From a virus (lineage: Duplodnaviria > Caudoviricetes), in the IMG/VR virus record IMGVR_UViG_3300032212_000018, positions 1 to 49,765 of that record: a stretch of 49,765 nt of DNA, one strand, 5' to 3'. Positions 1 to 9,424 of this stretch are shown here, in pieces (within the stretch, counting starts at the first letter, position 1; the number at the start of each line of letters is the position of its first letter). Below the pieces are notes generated by a model. The model was not told where the DNA came from. It ran no database searches and worked only from the letters and a program-made list of their open reading frames with translations. Made by a program: the position numbers and the translations under genes.

Positions 1-127
1 TTGACTTCTTAGAGGACAACAGCTGGTACAATTTACAGTCAGATGATTACGATGTCGATAAGTCTATTTACGCTGACGCTATCGGTAAACAAATCCAGGC
101 ACGTAATCCTGACCTACCCGTAAAAGA
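1..127. repeat. Terminal direct repeat, identical to 49639-49765 (probable assembly overlap of a circular contig)
   Basis: 127-nt exact match of the two ends. It lies inside the scaffold ORF, which reads in frame across the junction. Confidence 0.95.
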
Positions 128-347
128 GATGCTTGATCAGGTTGCTAGTAAAGTCCAAGAGAAATTCAAGCCTACTAATCCTAACAGGGATAAAGCAGCA
201 CCTGTAGCATCCAGTAATCCGAGTAAACCTAAGCCTAAAGCTAAGACATTAGCTGACTTAGAGTTATCACCGGAAGAAGAAAAGATCGCAAGAACAATAA
301 TCCGAGGCGGAGTATCCGAAGAAGATTATATTAAGATGTATTCATAG
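1..347 (+). CDS. Capsid scaffolding protein, C-terminal part
   Basis: Continuation of the 49137 ORF. Ends in a scaffold-like capsid-binding helix pair (LSPEEEKIARTI...SEEDYIK). Confidence 0.7.
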   Translation, partial: DFLEDNSWYNLQSDDYDVDKSIYADAIGKQIQARNPDLPVKEMLDQVASKVQEKFKPTNPNRDKAAPVASSNPSKPKPKAKTLADLELSPEEEKIARTIIRGGVSEEDYIKMYS

Positions 348-380
348 AAACGGCTAAAGAGCTAATCAGAGGAAAAGAAC

Positions 381-824
381 ATGGCTAAAGCACCAAGTAA
401 AACAACCAGACCAGAACGTCCAAAACGTGTACCTATGAACGGTTCCGTGGACATCCTAGAAGTAGGCGGCAAAGATCCAAACCACCAATACCGTTGGGTT
501 ACTGACAACAAAAAAGGTAAGATACAGCGATTTGAAGCTGCGTGGTGGGATAAAGTTTCCAATAAAGATGTGCAGATTGCGTTAGGTGCTGAGAATCACT
601 CAGCCAGTGACGACTCTCCTGTAGTAACTCGCGTTGGTACACATAAAGATGGTTCCCCTGAAATGGGTTATTTAATGCGTATTCCGAACAAGTTCTACAA
701 CGAAGATCAGAAAGTCAAACAAGATGAAATCACATCTGTGGAAAAAAATCAACTAACAAGTGACGAAAGTTACGAAAAAGGTCAATATGGTGGCGTTAAA
801 CTTGGAGCTACACGCTCTAAATAG
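381..824 (+). CDS. Conserved head-module protein of unknown function
   Basis: 147 aa, GAGGA RBS, DPNHQYRWV motif, located between scaffold and head genes. Confidence 0.6.
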   Translation: MAKAPSKTTRPERPKRVPMNGSVDILEVGGKDPNHQYRWVTDNKKGKIQRFEAAWWDKVSNKDVQIALGAENHSASDDSPVVTRVGTHKDGSPEMGYLMRIPNKFYNEDQKVKQDEITSVEKNQLTSDESYEKGQYGGVKLGATRSK

Positions 825-867
825 AAACATCCCTGTATTGACATCATTTTAATACAGGAGAAAAAAT

Positions 868-1431
868 ATGGCTAATCCAGACAAGCCAAATGGTTTTCGT
901 CCAGTAGGTACACTAGCAGGCGGTCCGTTCACAGCGGGCAATGTACGCTTTATTGGTGTAGCTGATGGCGAAGATATTTTCATTGGTGATATGGTAAACT
1001 TGGAATCAGGTTTAGCGGATCCAATGGCAACTAATGATGCAGCTATTCTAGGTGCAGTTATTGGTGTAGGTAAATACGACGAGCTAACTGGCTCTGTTGC
1101 TTCTTTAGCTGATGTAGCTAATCTAGAGAATCGTTATTACGATGATTCTGCAAGCACTCATACTGACTATTACGTAGCTGTTGCTTTAGCAACGGATTGT
1201 GTATTTGAAGTACAGTCTGATGCAGATTTAGATTTAGTGGTCGGCTCACCTTGTGACCTTGTTGATGCGGCTGGTAATGGTCCATCAGGTCGTTCGCGTC
1301 AGGAAGTTGGTACTAATACTAACTCTGACTTCGTAGTGGTAGCTATTCCAGACTACCCCGATAACGATTCAACACTGGCTAATACGCGCTATCATGTTCG
1401 TGTTACTCGTGCTGAACAAGCATTAGGTTAA
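868..1431 (+). CDS. Head decoration/cement protein
   Basis: MANPDKPNGFRPV N-terminus typical of genes directly upstream of this capsid type; AGGAG RBS. Confidence 0.65.
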   Translation: MANPDKPNGFRPVGTLAGGPFTAGNVRFIGVADGEDIFIGDMVNLESGLADPMATNDAAILGAVIGVGKYDELTGSVASLADVANLENRYYDDSASTHTDYYVAVALATDCVFEVQSDADLDLVVGSPCDLVDAAGNGPSGRSRQEVGTNTNSDFVVVAIPDYPDNDSTLANTRYHVRVTRAEQALG

Positions 1432-1444
1432 GGAGGAGTAGATC

Positions 1445-2341
1445 ATGGCAGTTAACAGTTCTAATTTTAGTAAAGCGTTATGGCCTGGTGTGGAGTCGTG
1501 GTACGGTGAATCCTACAACGCCCACGAAACAGAGTACACTGATATTTTCGAGACTCGTAATTCTCGTAAAGCTTTTGAAGAAATCGTTGGTACTTCAGGT
1601 TTAGGTTTAGCGGCAGTTAAGGGCGAAGGTGCTCCTGTTTCGTACGATGTTATGACACAGGGTTTCACGTCTCGCTTCCAACACCTTGATTATGCACTAG
1701 GTACTATCATCACTCGCAATATGATTGACGATGATGTGTATGACGTAGTTGGTAAGATGCGTGTTGAAAACTTAGCTGAAAGTATGCGTATCACTAAGGA
1801 AATCGTCGGTGCAAACATCTTGAACCGTGCGTTTAACTCTGACTATACTGGCGGTGATGCTTTAGAGCTTTGCTCTGCATTGCACGTTAATGTAGCAGGT
1901 GGTACTTATCAAAACGAACTTTCGACTCCTGCTGATTTATCAGAAGCGTCGTTAGAGCAAGCTTGTATTGATATCAGTAAGTGGACTAATGATCGCGGTC
2001 TTCAGATTAAGGCAATGGCTCAGGATTTAATTATCCCGTCTGATCTTATGTTTGAAGCTGAGCGCATCATTAACTCTTCTGGTCGTGTTGGTACTTCTGA
2101 CAATGATAAGAACGCAATCATGGGTAAGTTTAACATCAAAGTTAATCATTACCTGACTGATACAGCTGCGTTCTTCCTGAAGACTAACGTGAAGCATGGT
2201 TTGATCCACTTCGAGCGTCGTTCTGATGATTTCACTATGGATAATGACTTCGATACTGATAACGCTAAGTATAAAGCTACTGGTCGTTACAGCTTCGGTT
2301 GGGCAGATCCTAAAGGAATCTACGGTTCGCCAGGTGCGTAA
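1445..2341 (+). CDS. Major capsid protein (HK97 fold, Mu gpT-like family)
   Basis: 298 aa, strong AGGAGG RBS, motifs ALWPGV, DFDTDNAKYKA.RYSFGWADP.GIYGSPGA; followed by a terminator. Confidence 0.9.
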   Translation: MAVNSSNFSKALWPGVESWYGESYNAHETEYTDIFETRNSRKAFEEIVGTSGLGLAAVKGEGAPVSYDVMTQGFTSRFQHLDYALGTIITRNMIDDDVYDVVGKMRVENLAESMRITKEIVGANILNRAFNSDYTGGDALELCSALHVNVAGGTYQNELSTPADLSEASLEQACIDISKWTNDRGLQIKAMAQDLIIPSDLMFEAERIINSSGRVGTSDNDKNAIMGKFNIKVNHYLTDTAAFFLKTNVKHGLIHFERRSDDFTMDNDFDTDNAKYKATGRYSFGWADPKGIYGSPGA

Positions 2342-2351
2342 GTAGTTAAGT

Positions 2352-2380
2352 GATGGGGGAGGAATCCCCCTGATCTTTTT
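2352..2380 (+). terminator. Rho-independent terminator after the major capsid gene
   Basis: GGGGGA-GGAA-TCCCCC stem followed by TGATCTTTTT. Confidence 0.65.
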
Positions 2381-2445
2381 AAATCTTTAAACATAGATCG
2401 CTGAAAAATGCGAGTTGACGTGAGGCCACTCACGGGAGTAATAAA

Positions 2446-2901
2446 ATGGCAGCAAATGAATCGAGTAGATATACACATCATTCGAATGTTAAAATCGGTA
2501 CAGTTAATGGTGGTGGTGAATTACACATAGCTGGTGTACAAATGACAGCTACCTCTGCTGAATTAAACAACGCGGCTGATGTTTCAGCACGGGTACAGGA
2601 ACTCACAGCAACAGGTACAGTAACTGCTGGTGTTCAATCCGTAGAACTGAATCACGCTACGGTTGCAGCTGATGCAACTATCGCTGACTCAACAAACCAT
2701 CAAGGTTTACTGATTGTTAAAGATACAAGTGCTTCTGGTACAGCAGCACATACCTTAACTTTAACAGCTGGTACATTCGATGGTACTAACAACAAAGCAA
2801 CATTGAATGCTCCTGATGAAGCATTAATTGTTTATATTGATTCAGCTGGTAATGGAACTATCGTTGAGAATGTAGGCACTGTTGCTCTGTCGGCAGTATA
2901 G
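2446..2901 (+). CDS. Virion structural protein (head fibre/decoration-like)
   Basis: Ala/Thr/Gly-rich, TATSAELN motif, directly after the capsid gene. Confidence 0.55.
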   Translation: MAANESSRYTHHSNVKIGTVNGGGELHIAGVQMTATSAELNNAADVSARVQELTATGTVTAGVQSVELNHATVAADATIADSTNHQGLLIVKDTSASGTAAHTLTLTAGTFDGTNNKATLNAPDEALIVYIDSAGNGTIVENVGTVALSAV

Positions 2902-2909
2902 GAAGTTAA

Positions 2910-3095
2910 ATGAAATGTAGTTGTGGTGAACGCTACGACTTGTTGCAGACAAGGCTCGTGGTAGATACGATTGAAAAAGAGTACTATTGCTTGCCTTGTT
3001 CTCAACGAATGATGTTAAAGAAAGATAAGTACGGTAACTACACTGAGACTGTGTACGACGGTACTGTACCTACGATTACAAAGTGGCGGATATGA
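2910..3095 (+). CDS. Small Cys-containing hypothetical protein
   Basis: CSC and CxxC motifs; GGA RBS. Confidence 0.5.
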   Translation: MKCSCGERYDLLQTRLVVDTIEKEYYCLPCSQRMMLKKDKYGNYTETVYDGTVPTITKWRI

Positions 3096-3196
3096 AACAC
3101 TACGTCTGTAAAGAATTAAATAAATTATCGAAGCTTGACCCTCGGTATAAACCCACTGTATGGGAGCGTTTTAAGAAATGGCTGCGAGAATTTTAG
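3092..3196 (+). CDS. 34-aa hypothetical peptide (MKHYVCKELNKLSKLDPRYKPTVWERFKKWLREF)
   Basis: ATGA overlap with the upstream stop; fills the gap to 3178. Confidence 0.4.
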   Translation: MKHYVCKELNKLSKLDPRYKPTVWERFKKWLREF

Positions 3197-3498
3197 ATGC
3201 AGCAACTGCGACTGGTGCTGGGAATGACTGGCAAGTACGTGCAGGGGCAAGTGAGCATACTATTCAAGGTGTCTGTACAGGTAGTCCAACTGCTGTGACA
3301 ACCGAGTTCGAAGGCTCTTTAGATGGTGTAACTTGGTATCAATTAGCCGAGCATAGTTGGACAACTAACGAGATAGCAGCTCAGGCAGCTTTATTCCACG
3401 TCAGCACTAAGTTAATAACCTATACAAGAATAAACCTAAGTGTATTGACTGGTGGTACAACTCCTACAGTTACTTGTCTGTACGAATGGAAGGACTAG
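3178..3498 (+). CDS. Putative virion structural protein
   Basis: Beta-rich, EGSLDGVTW motif, in the structural operon. Confidence 0.55.
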   Translation: MAARILDAATATGAGNDWQVRAGASEHTIQGVCTGSPTAVTTEFEGSLDGVTWYQLAEHSWTTNEIAAQAALFHVSTKLITYTRINLSVLTGGTTPTVTCLYEWKD

Positions 3499-3507
3499 GA
3501 AAACGTA

Positions 3508-4095
3508 ATGTCTGATAATTCTAAAGTATATTCAGGTAATACATCAGGAGGTACTTCTCCTATCGATGGAAGTCATGTTCCTCTTAATGCTGATCCTTAC
3601 GCTAACGCAATCATTACTATCGAATCTGAACATGCCCACATCCATGAAGGCGAGGGGTTTCAGATATCAGGAGAAGCAGCAGCGATAGGTGCAGGTGCAT
3701 CTGCGTATTTTCTAATCGATCCTATTTTACCTGTTCATTGGAGAGATTACCGTTTCATTGCTGATGGTGCTCCTGTAGATATTGAGTTATTCGAAAACCC
3801 TACTGTAACTGATAACGGTACAGCAATTACTTCTTATAACCGAAATAGATTATCTTCACATACAGCTCAGGTAGTTGTGTACTCCGGACCTACAGTTACA
3901 GACGATGGCACTAGACTGTACATAACCCGTATAGTAGGTACAGGAACCGGAGCTAATGCTAAAGGAGAAGTCGAAGGGCTTCCTTTGGAATGGGTTGTTG
4001 ATAACGGGAATACTTATTTAATGAAACTTACAAACAATGATACTAGCGATGTCAGTATTATTTATAATTTCTTTTGGTACGAATTAGACTTATAG
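3508..4095 (+). CDS. Putative virion structural protein
   Basis: 195 aa, EHAHIHEG motif, in the structural operon. Confidence 0.55.
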   Translation: MSDNSKVYSGNTSGGTSPIDGSHVPLNADPYANAIITIESEHAHIHEGEGFQISGEAAAIGAGASAYFLIDPILPVHWRDYRFIADGAPVDIELFENPTVTDNGTAITSYNRNRLSSHTAQVVVYSGPTVTDDGTRLYITRIVGTGTGANAKGEVEGLPLEWVVDNGNTYLMKLTNNDTSDVSIIYNFFWYELDL

Positions 4096-4104
4096 GAAAA
4101 CAAC

Positions 4105-4503
4105 ATGGCCGATACAGTAGACGTACAGTACATCTTTAAAGGTACTCGTAGAATAAAGGTTAAACTAACAGGTATCTCTGATGGTACTGGTGAAACAGGT
4201 GTTATTAAAGTCAATATCTCTGACTTAATCGGACCGAATGGCTCGGCTCCAACTAAAACGGTTGTGGAAAGTATTGAAGCGAATGTTCAAGGCTTTACAT
4301 CAGTTAAGTTGTACTGGGACCACACCGCCGATGATGAGATTGCTGTCCTCGGTACAGGGTTCTCGTACTTCGATTGGACTGATGTAGGTGGGTTTACAGA
4401 CCCAGCAAGCGCAGGTGGTACAGGTGATATTGAGTTAACATCAACTGGTGCTTCTGCAACAGCTACTTATGACATTGTTGTAACAGCGCGTCTGAAAGAC
4501 TAA
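4105..4503 (+). CDS. Conserved virion structural protein
   Basis: MADTV..SDGTGE...GTGDI pattern of podovirus structural proteins. Confidence 0.6.
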   Translation: MADTVDVQYIFKGTRRIKVKLTGISDGTGETGVIKVNISDLIGPNGSAPTKTVVESIEANVQGFTSVKLYWDHTADDEIAVLGTGFSYFDWTDVGGFTDPASAGGTGDIELTSTGASATATYDIVVTARLKD

Positions 4504-5645
4504 TGGCTACACCTGCTAATGTAGATATCTCTGGATGGACGGTTCAAGGATCTTCTCCTTTCTTAGATGGTAATTACCCTGCATCTGGTAGGTTAGGTAT
4601 TACCAGTGTGACAGGGACTATTAGTGCTGATCAATCAATCACTATTAATGGTGCAGGTTTCAGTACAGGACCGGCTAATCACACGATGGAGAACTTCAGT
4701 GGCGGTGTAGACGGTAACGACATCACAACAGGTAATACTGTGTTTGATGAAGTATTCGCATCCAGTGTCCCTACCTTTAATTCTGATGCTCGTAGTTCTG
4801 GTTTATCAGCTGATACTTACAAAGCTGGTGCTGTTCAGTGGGAAGCAGCGGTAATGAAGTTCATCCCAGGTGTCGAATTCGATGAATGGTTTTCTTCTTA
4901 CGCAAGAAAAACACCGTCAGGTAAAACGTTACCTCACGCTGCTGCACAAGATGGGTTACAGTCTTCTTCTGGTACTGGATTCTATAACGGCTCTGATGAC
5001 AAATACGTTTGGTTCTTTGATGCCACGTACAGTAATGATGTGTGTATGCCAACCAGAGCTGGATGGGGTGAACATCACGTAGCAGGTAATACTTTAGGTG
5101 TGAACGAAGCTACGCGAGTGTATGATTCTGGTGGTGGTAGTGAAAGTTCTGAGCCTGATTGGTGGAATAAAAACTTCCAGAATAACTGGTACAGGTTCAC
5201 AGGCTGGTTCCAAGCTGGTGATGTCCCACAGACAGATCCAGGTAAGTTCTACTTCAATATCTGTAATGCACAAGACACATTATGGGAATACACAGAGAAC
5301 GGTAAACCTATCTTTGCTGGTGGTGCTTCACCGTACACTATGGAAGAAGCATGGTTCCCTGGATGGATGAGAGAAAGAACCCTGGCTGAAGGTCATGGCG
5401 ATGTTCAAGTCCTGTACGATGATTGTTACTTCGCATGGGGTGCTAATTCAGCTGCTCGTGTAGAGATAGGAAATGCCAGTACTTATGCTACCTGTACAGA
5501 CTTAGCTATCTGTCCTTCTACATCATGGGCTGATGGCGCTATTGCAGTTACATTGCCAGATGGACCTTTAAGTTACGTATCTGATTTATGGCTGTACGTA
5601 ACCCGTGAAAATAATACTGACCGAGTGAGTTATAAAATAGTATAA
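4503..5645 (+). CDS. Putative virion-associated carbohydrate-binding protein (Ig/IPT-like halves flanking an aromatic-rich beta domain)
   Basis: ITINGAGF N-terminal strand, Trp/Tyr-rich centre, C-terminal ARVEIGNA..Y..C...SW.D..I.V motif; translationally coupled to its neighbours. Confidence 0.45.
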   Translation: MATPANVDISGWTVQGSSPFLDGNYPASGRLGITSVTGTISADQSITINGAGFSTGPANHTMENFSGGVDGNDITTGNTVFDEVFASSVPTFNSDARSSGLSADTYKAGAVQWEAAVMKFIPGVEFDEWFSSYARKTPSGKTLPHAAAQDGLQSSSGTGFYNGSDDKYVWFFDATYSNDVCMPTRAGWGEHHVAGNTLGVNEATRVYDSGGGSESSEPDWWNKNFQNNWYRFTGWFQAGDVPQTDPGKFYFNICNAQDTLWEYTENGKPIFAGGASPYTMEEAWFPGWMRERTLAEGHGDVQVLYDDCYFAWGANSAARVEIGNASTYATCTDLAICPSTSWADGAIAVTLPDGPLSYVSDLWLYVTRENNTDRVSYKIV

Positions 5646-6766
5646 TGGCTATACAAGTAAACTTAGGTGCAGGCGCTAATACTGTCACAGGTAACTGGAA
5701 CTATTCTAATACCGCGACCAGTACAGGTACATTAGTAGCTGATCTGATTGATGATACTGGAAGTGCGACAGGTCGTTCTCTAACACTAGATTCTGCTTTT
5801 GTCGGTGCGTCCGGTACAGATGCTACAGCAACCTCTGGTGCGGGTGGCTTACCTCAAGAGTTCTTTGATTATTACTGGTACGATAATCTTGATACTGGAA
5901 GTCTAACGGTATCCGCGACTAACGGTGAAGCTTACACTTTAATTATCTCTGGTCATCAGGGGGCTACCGCTGCTAGAGATACTAACTTTTCAGCCAGTAA
6001 CGGTACTCCTTCTCCAGCATTTTATGATAACTCAGGGACTGCTACACCTACAGCTCCTGTTACTATTACAGGTACGGTAATTGGCAGTGGTGTAACTATT
6101 ACGCAAGCGTTGGTTTCCTCATTCGCTTATATTAACGGTTTCACTATCGAGTTCGCTGCTGGTACATCTATCTCAGCAATTACTGATCCGGTCACAGACG
6201 CAAGTACAGGTAATACATTCAGTGTCTCAGGTTTTGGGTCAGATATCACATCTATTACTCTGAAAGATGATGTGGCAACGACCCATACTACAACTGGTAC
6301 TATTCAATCAGGTACAGGCGACGGTCCTTATACTTGGGGTATGCCTCATGTTGCTGCGTACAGTGCTGACACACTAGGTACTCCGTTTGATTCAGCGTAC
6401 TGGGGTCATACAGCAGAAGTTGGTGACGGTACTGATACAGGTGCTATCACAATCGTTGTGAATGAGAAGTCAGGGTGGACTTCTGTGGATGTAAGTGCCA
6501 CTCCTAGTGCTTTAGAAGGTTCAGTATTCTTCGGTTGGACAGGTGCTCCAATCCAGTACGATCAGGTGTATTACCCAACCGCTAATAATACATCTGTTGA
6601 TGCTGATGGTATTCTTACGACTGATCAGTTAACTGGTAGTATCAGTATGGTTTACTTTGATCAGGGTGATAGTAAATGGAAACCTTTCAGTATTATCATC
6701 AGTACAGTTACAGGTACTGTCGGTCTTGGTGCAGTTATCAAAGGACGCAGAGGCAGGCGTAAGTGA
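5645..6766 (+). CDS. Putative virion structural protein with multiple beta-sandwich domains
   Basis: 373 aa, very Thr/Gly/Ser-rich, basic C-terminus GRRGRRK. Confidence 0.5.
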   Translation: MAIQVNLGAGANTVTGNWNYSNTATSTGTLVADLIDDTGSATGRSLTLDSAFVGASGTDATATSGAGGLPQEFFDYYWYDNLDTGSLTVSATNGEAYTLIISGHQGATAARDTNFSASNGTPSPAFYDNSGTATPTAPVTITGTVIGSGVTITQALVSSFAYINGFTIEFAAGTSISAITDPVTDASTGNTFSVSGFGSDITSITLKDDVATTHTTTGTIQSGTGDGPYTWGMPHVAAYSADTLGTPFDSAYWGHTAEVGDGTDTGAITIVVNEKSGWTSVDVSATPSALEGSVFFGWTGAPIQYDQVYYPTANNTSVDADGILTTDQLTGSISMVYFDQGDSKWKPFSIIISTVTGTVGLGAVIKGRRGRRK

Positions 6767-7254
6767 GTCGTGCTGACTACTTAAAACTCGGTGACTGGAG
6801 TGCCTTGTGCGATGTATGTGGACAAAAGTACAAAGCATCTGAATTAAAACGTAGATGGGATGGCTTGTACGTCTGTACAAAGGACTTTGAAGTTCGTCAT
6901 CCTAGTGACTTCTTCAGGATGCCTACAGAAGATACGTCAGTCCCTTGGGCTAGACTAGATGATGCAGGGGACGCTAACGACTCTGTTGGTGATACTGATA
7001 CTACTCTAACAGTTGATACAGACACAACAGTTCAATATTACAGTACTGCTCTGACAGCTAACAGAACAATTACGCTGGATACAACAGGCGCAAGAGACGG
7101 CTCTCAGTTCATTATTTATAGAACTGATGGTGCAGCCTTCACATTAGACGTTGGTGGGTTACAGACAATCCCAGTGAGTACAGACGCTGTTGTTACAGTT
7201 CAATTCAATGGTACTGCTTGGGTACTTAAAGATTACACGATTACGGAGATATAA
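6763..7254 (+). CDS. Conserved Zn-finger-like protein with a C-terminal beta extension
   Basis: CDVCG...WDGLYVC...E.RHP motif; GTGA overlap with the upstream gene. Confidence 0.6.
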   Translation: MSRADYLKLGDWSALCDVCGQKYKASELKRRWDGLYVCTKDFEVRHPSDFFRMPTEDTSVPWARLDDAGDANDSVGDTDTTLTVDTDTTVQYYSTALTANRTITLDTTGARDGSQFIIYRTDGAAFTLDVGGLQTIPVSTDAVVTVQFNGTAWVLKDYTITEI

Positions 7255-7976
7255 TGGCTACAAGTAATTCCACAGACTTCACATTAAACCGTAATGAAAT
7301 TATTAACGCTGCGTTCAGGACTATCGGTGTAGGTGTGCGTGGTGAGGCACTTTCAGCTGAAGAAATAGCAGACGGCTCTGAAGCATTGAATCTTATTCTT
7401 AAAGAGTTAGATGCCGAGGGCTTACCGCTCTGGCGCAGAGATAAGCTATCTTTAACCTTAGTTGCTTCGCAAGCAGTTTATACAATCGGTCCATCAGGTG
7501 CAGATGTAACAGCGCCTCGTCCTTTACGTGTATTAGAGGCGAACAGACTTGGTAGTTCAGATAACTCAGCACCAATTGAAGTACTGTCTCTGAATGAGTG
7601 GTCTTTGCTTCCGAACAGAGCAACTGCCTCTGCTGGTGCGCCTGTGAATGCGTATTTTGATCCAACTACTTCATCAGCTACCCTGAACATCTGGCCTATG
7701 CCGGATGCAACCTCTGCTGCTGCGTATACGGTTGAGTTCTGGGTGCATTCACCGATTGAGGATATGGATTCCAGTACAGATAATGTGGATTGTCCTCCTG
7801 AGTGGTTACGTGCTATTAAGTACATGTTAGCTTACGACTTAGCTGATGAGTACAGTATCCCTGATAATATGTATTACAGAATCAGGAAGAAAGCAGAGCA
7901 AGCAACAGAAAAAGTTCTTTCATGGGATGTAGAAGATACAAGCTTTTACTTCCAACCTTATAACGAGGGCTGCTAA
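7254..7976 (+). CDS. Head-tail adaptor / tail tubular protein (P22 gp4-like position)
   Basis: MATS..DF.L.RNEII..A, IWP.PD and PPEW..AI.Y.LA motifs; precedes a gp10-like gene. Confidence 0.7.
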   Translation: MATSNSTDFTLNRNEIINAAFRTIGVGVRGEALSAEEIADGSEALNLILKELDAEGLPLWRRDKLSLTLVASQAVYTIGPSGADVTAPRPLRVLEANRLGSSDNSAPIEVLSLNEWSLLPNRATASAGAPVNAYFDPTTSSATLNIWPMPDATSAAAYTVEFWVHSPIEDMDSSTDNVDCPPEWLRAIKYMLAYDLADEYSIPDNMYYRIRKKAEQATEKVLSWDVEDTSFYFQPYNEGC

Positions 7977-9424
7977 TGGCTGTTGTACATTTAGAGCAAC
8001 CTAAGTTCAAAGGGTATGTTCAAGGGACTAATACACCTCTTGAGGGTGGTAAGGTCTATATTTATGACGCAGGTACATCAGATTTAGCGACTGTGTATAC
8101 ATCACAGGATGCTGGTACAGAGCATACTAATCCTGTCATCCTTGATGCTAACGGAGAGGCCGAGATATGGTACAACTCAAATGTTAAGGTTGTGGTTAAA
8201 GATTCGGACGATGTTCAGCAATACAGTTTCGATAATATCGTTTCAACGATTGAACCAACTGTATCAGGTGTTTATAACCTGGTGCAAACAGGTGGATTTG
8301 AGACAGATTCTAATTCTGACGGAGAACCTGATAATTGGACTCTTGCTGCTGACACGAGTGGGACTATCGCTATCGATGCTACCGTTGGTAATCATGCTAA
8401 TGGCTCTAACTCACTTAAGTTCACTTCTGGAGGGTTTGGTGGTGGATCAGCAACAACAACGCCGTACTCAGAAGTAACTGCTGGTGATGATGTTCAGGTT
8501 ATCTTCAGACTGAAGTCTTCTATAGCGACTGTTAAGAATATCGTGACTGTTCTGTGGTATCAGAACGATGCTGGTTTAGCGTCCAGTACAGCCAGTACAG
8601 CTGTTTATACAGATACAGCAACTAACCCTACATCGTGGACATACAAGTCCTTCTCTGCGTCTGTCCCTGCTGATGCGTTCTACGCTAAGATTAAACTAGA
8701 AGGTGTAGAGAGTTCAGGTACAACTATTACAACTGGTGCTAATACACATTACGATGATGTTCGTCTGTATCAAGGGCCAGTAATCTTTCCTAATGTTGAA
8801 GGGCCAGTAACAGCTTCAGAAACTGAACTGAATATCTTAGATGGTGCTACTTTATCGACAGCAGAGATTAACATCTTAGATGGTGTGACTGCTACGTTTG
8901 ATGAATTGAACTATGCTGATACTCCAAATACAGCCACTAAATTCTGTTTATTAGATAGTAATGCTGAAGTTGCCGCTGATCAGATGTTAGCAGGGAGTAT
9001 TGTACAAGTTCAGTCTGTTAACAACCTAACCGAAATTACAGGTAGTACAGCAATACCTGCGGATAATACAATCCCTCAAATAACTGAAGGGATTGAAGCA
9101 GTAACATTAGATTTCACACCGGTATTTTCAGATTCTATTTTAAACATCGAGTGTAGTTGTCCTTCAATCATTACGACACCGACGTATGCAGTAATCGCAC
9201 TATTTGCTGATGGCGCAGCAGACGCTATTGCAGCTGAGCTATCTGATGTATCAACATATAACTACAAGTCATTATACCACAGAATGGTATCAGGTGGAAC
9301 TAGCACAATCACATTTGATGTACGGTTCGGTCCAGCTGTATCTAATTCAATTACAATTAATGGTGATGCTATATTGGGCGGTGTAACATCTAGCTCAATC
9401 ACCATAACAGAAGTAAAAGTGTAA
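7976..9424 (+). CDS. Tail fibre/spike with N-terminal virion-binding domain and a CBM-like domain
   Basis: PLEGGKVY.YDAGT...TNPVILDANGEA anchor domain, NLVQTGGFE CBM4-like start, ELNILDG repeats. Confidence 0.7.
   Translation: MAVVHLEQPKFKGYVQGTNTPLEGGKVYIYDAGTSDLATVYTSQDAGTEHTNPVILDANGEAEIWYNSNVKVVVKDSDDVQQYSFDNIVSTIEPTVSGVYNLVQTGGFETDSNSDGEPDNWTLAADTSGTIAIDATVGNHANGSNSLKFTSGGFGGGSATTTPYSEVTAGDDVQVIFRLKSSIATVKNIVTVLWYQNDAGLASSTASTAVYTDTATNPTSWTYKSFSASVPADAFYAKIKLEGVESSGTTITTGANTHYDDVRLYQGPVIFPNVEGPVTASETELNILDGATLSTAEINILDGVTATFDELNYADTPNTATKFCLLDSNAEVAADQMLAGSIVQVQSVNNLTEITGSTAIPADNTIPQITEGIEAVTLDFTPVFSDSILNIECSCPSIITTPTYAVIALFADGAADAIAAELSDVSTYNYKSLYHRMVSGGTSTITFDVRFGPAVSNSITINGDAILGGVTSSSITITEVKV

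Noticed and set aside
1-127. Terminal repeat as a biological direct terminal repeat
   Set aside because: 127 nt matches a common assembler k-mer size and the repeat falls inside the scaffold gene.
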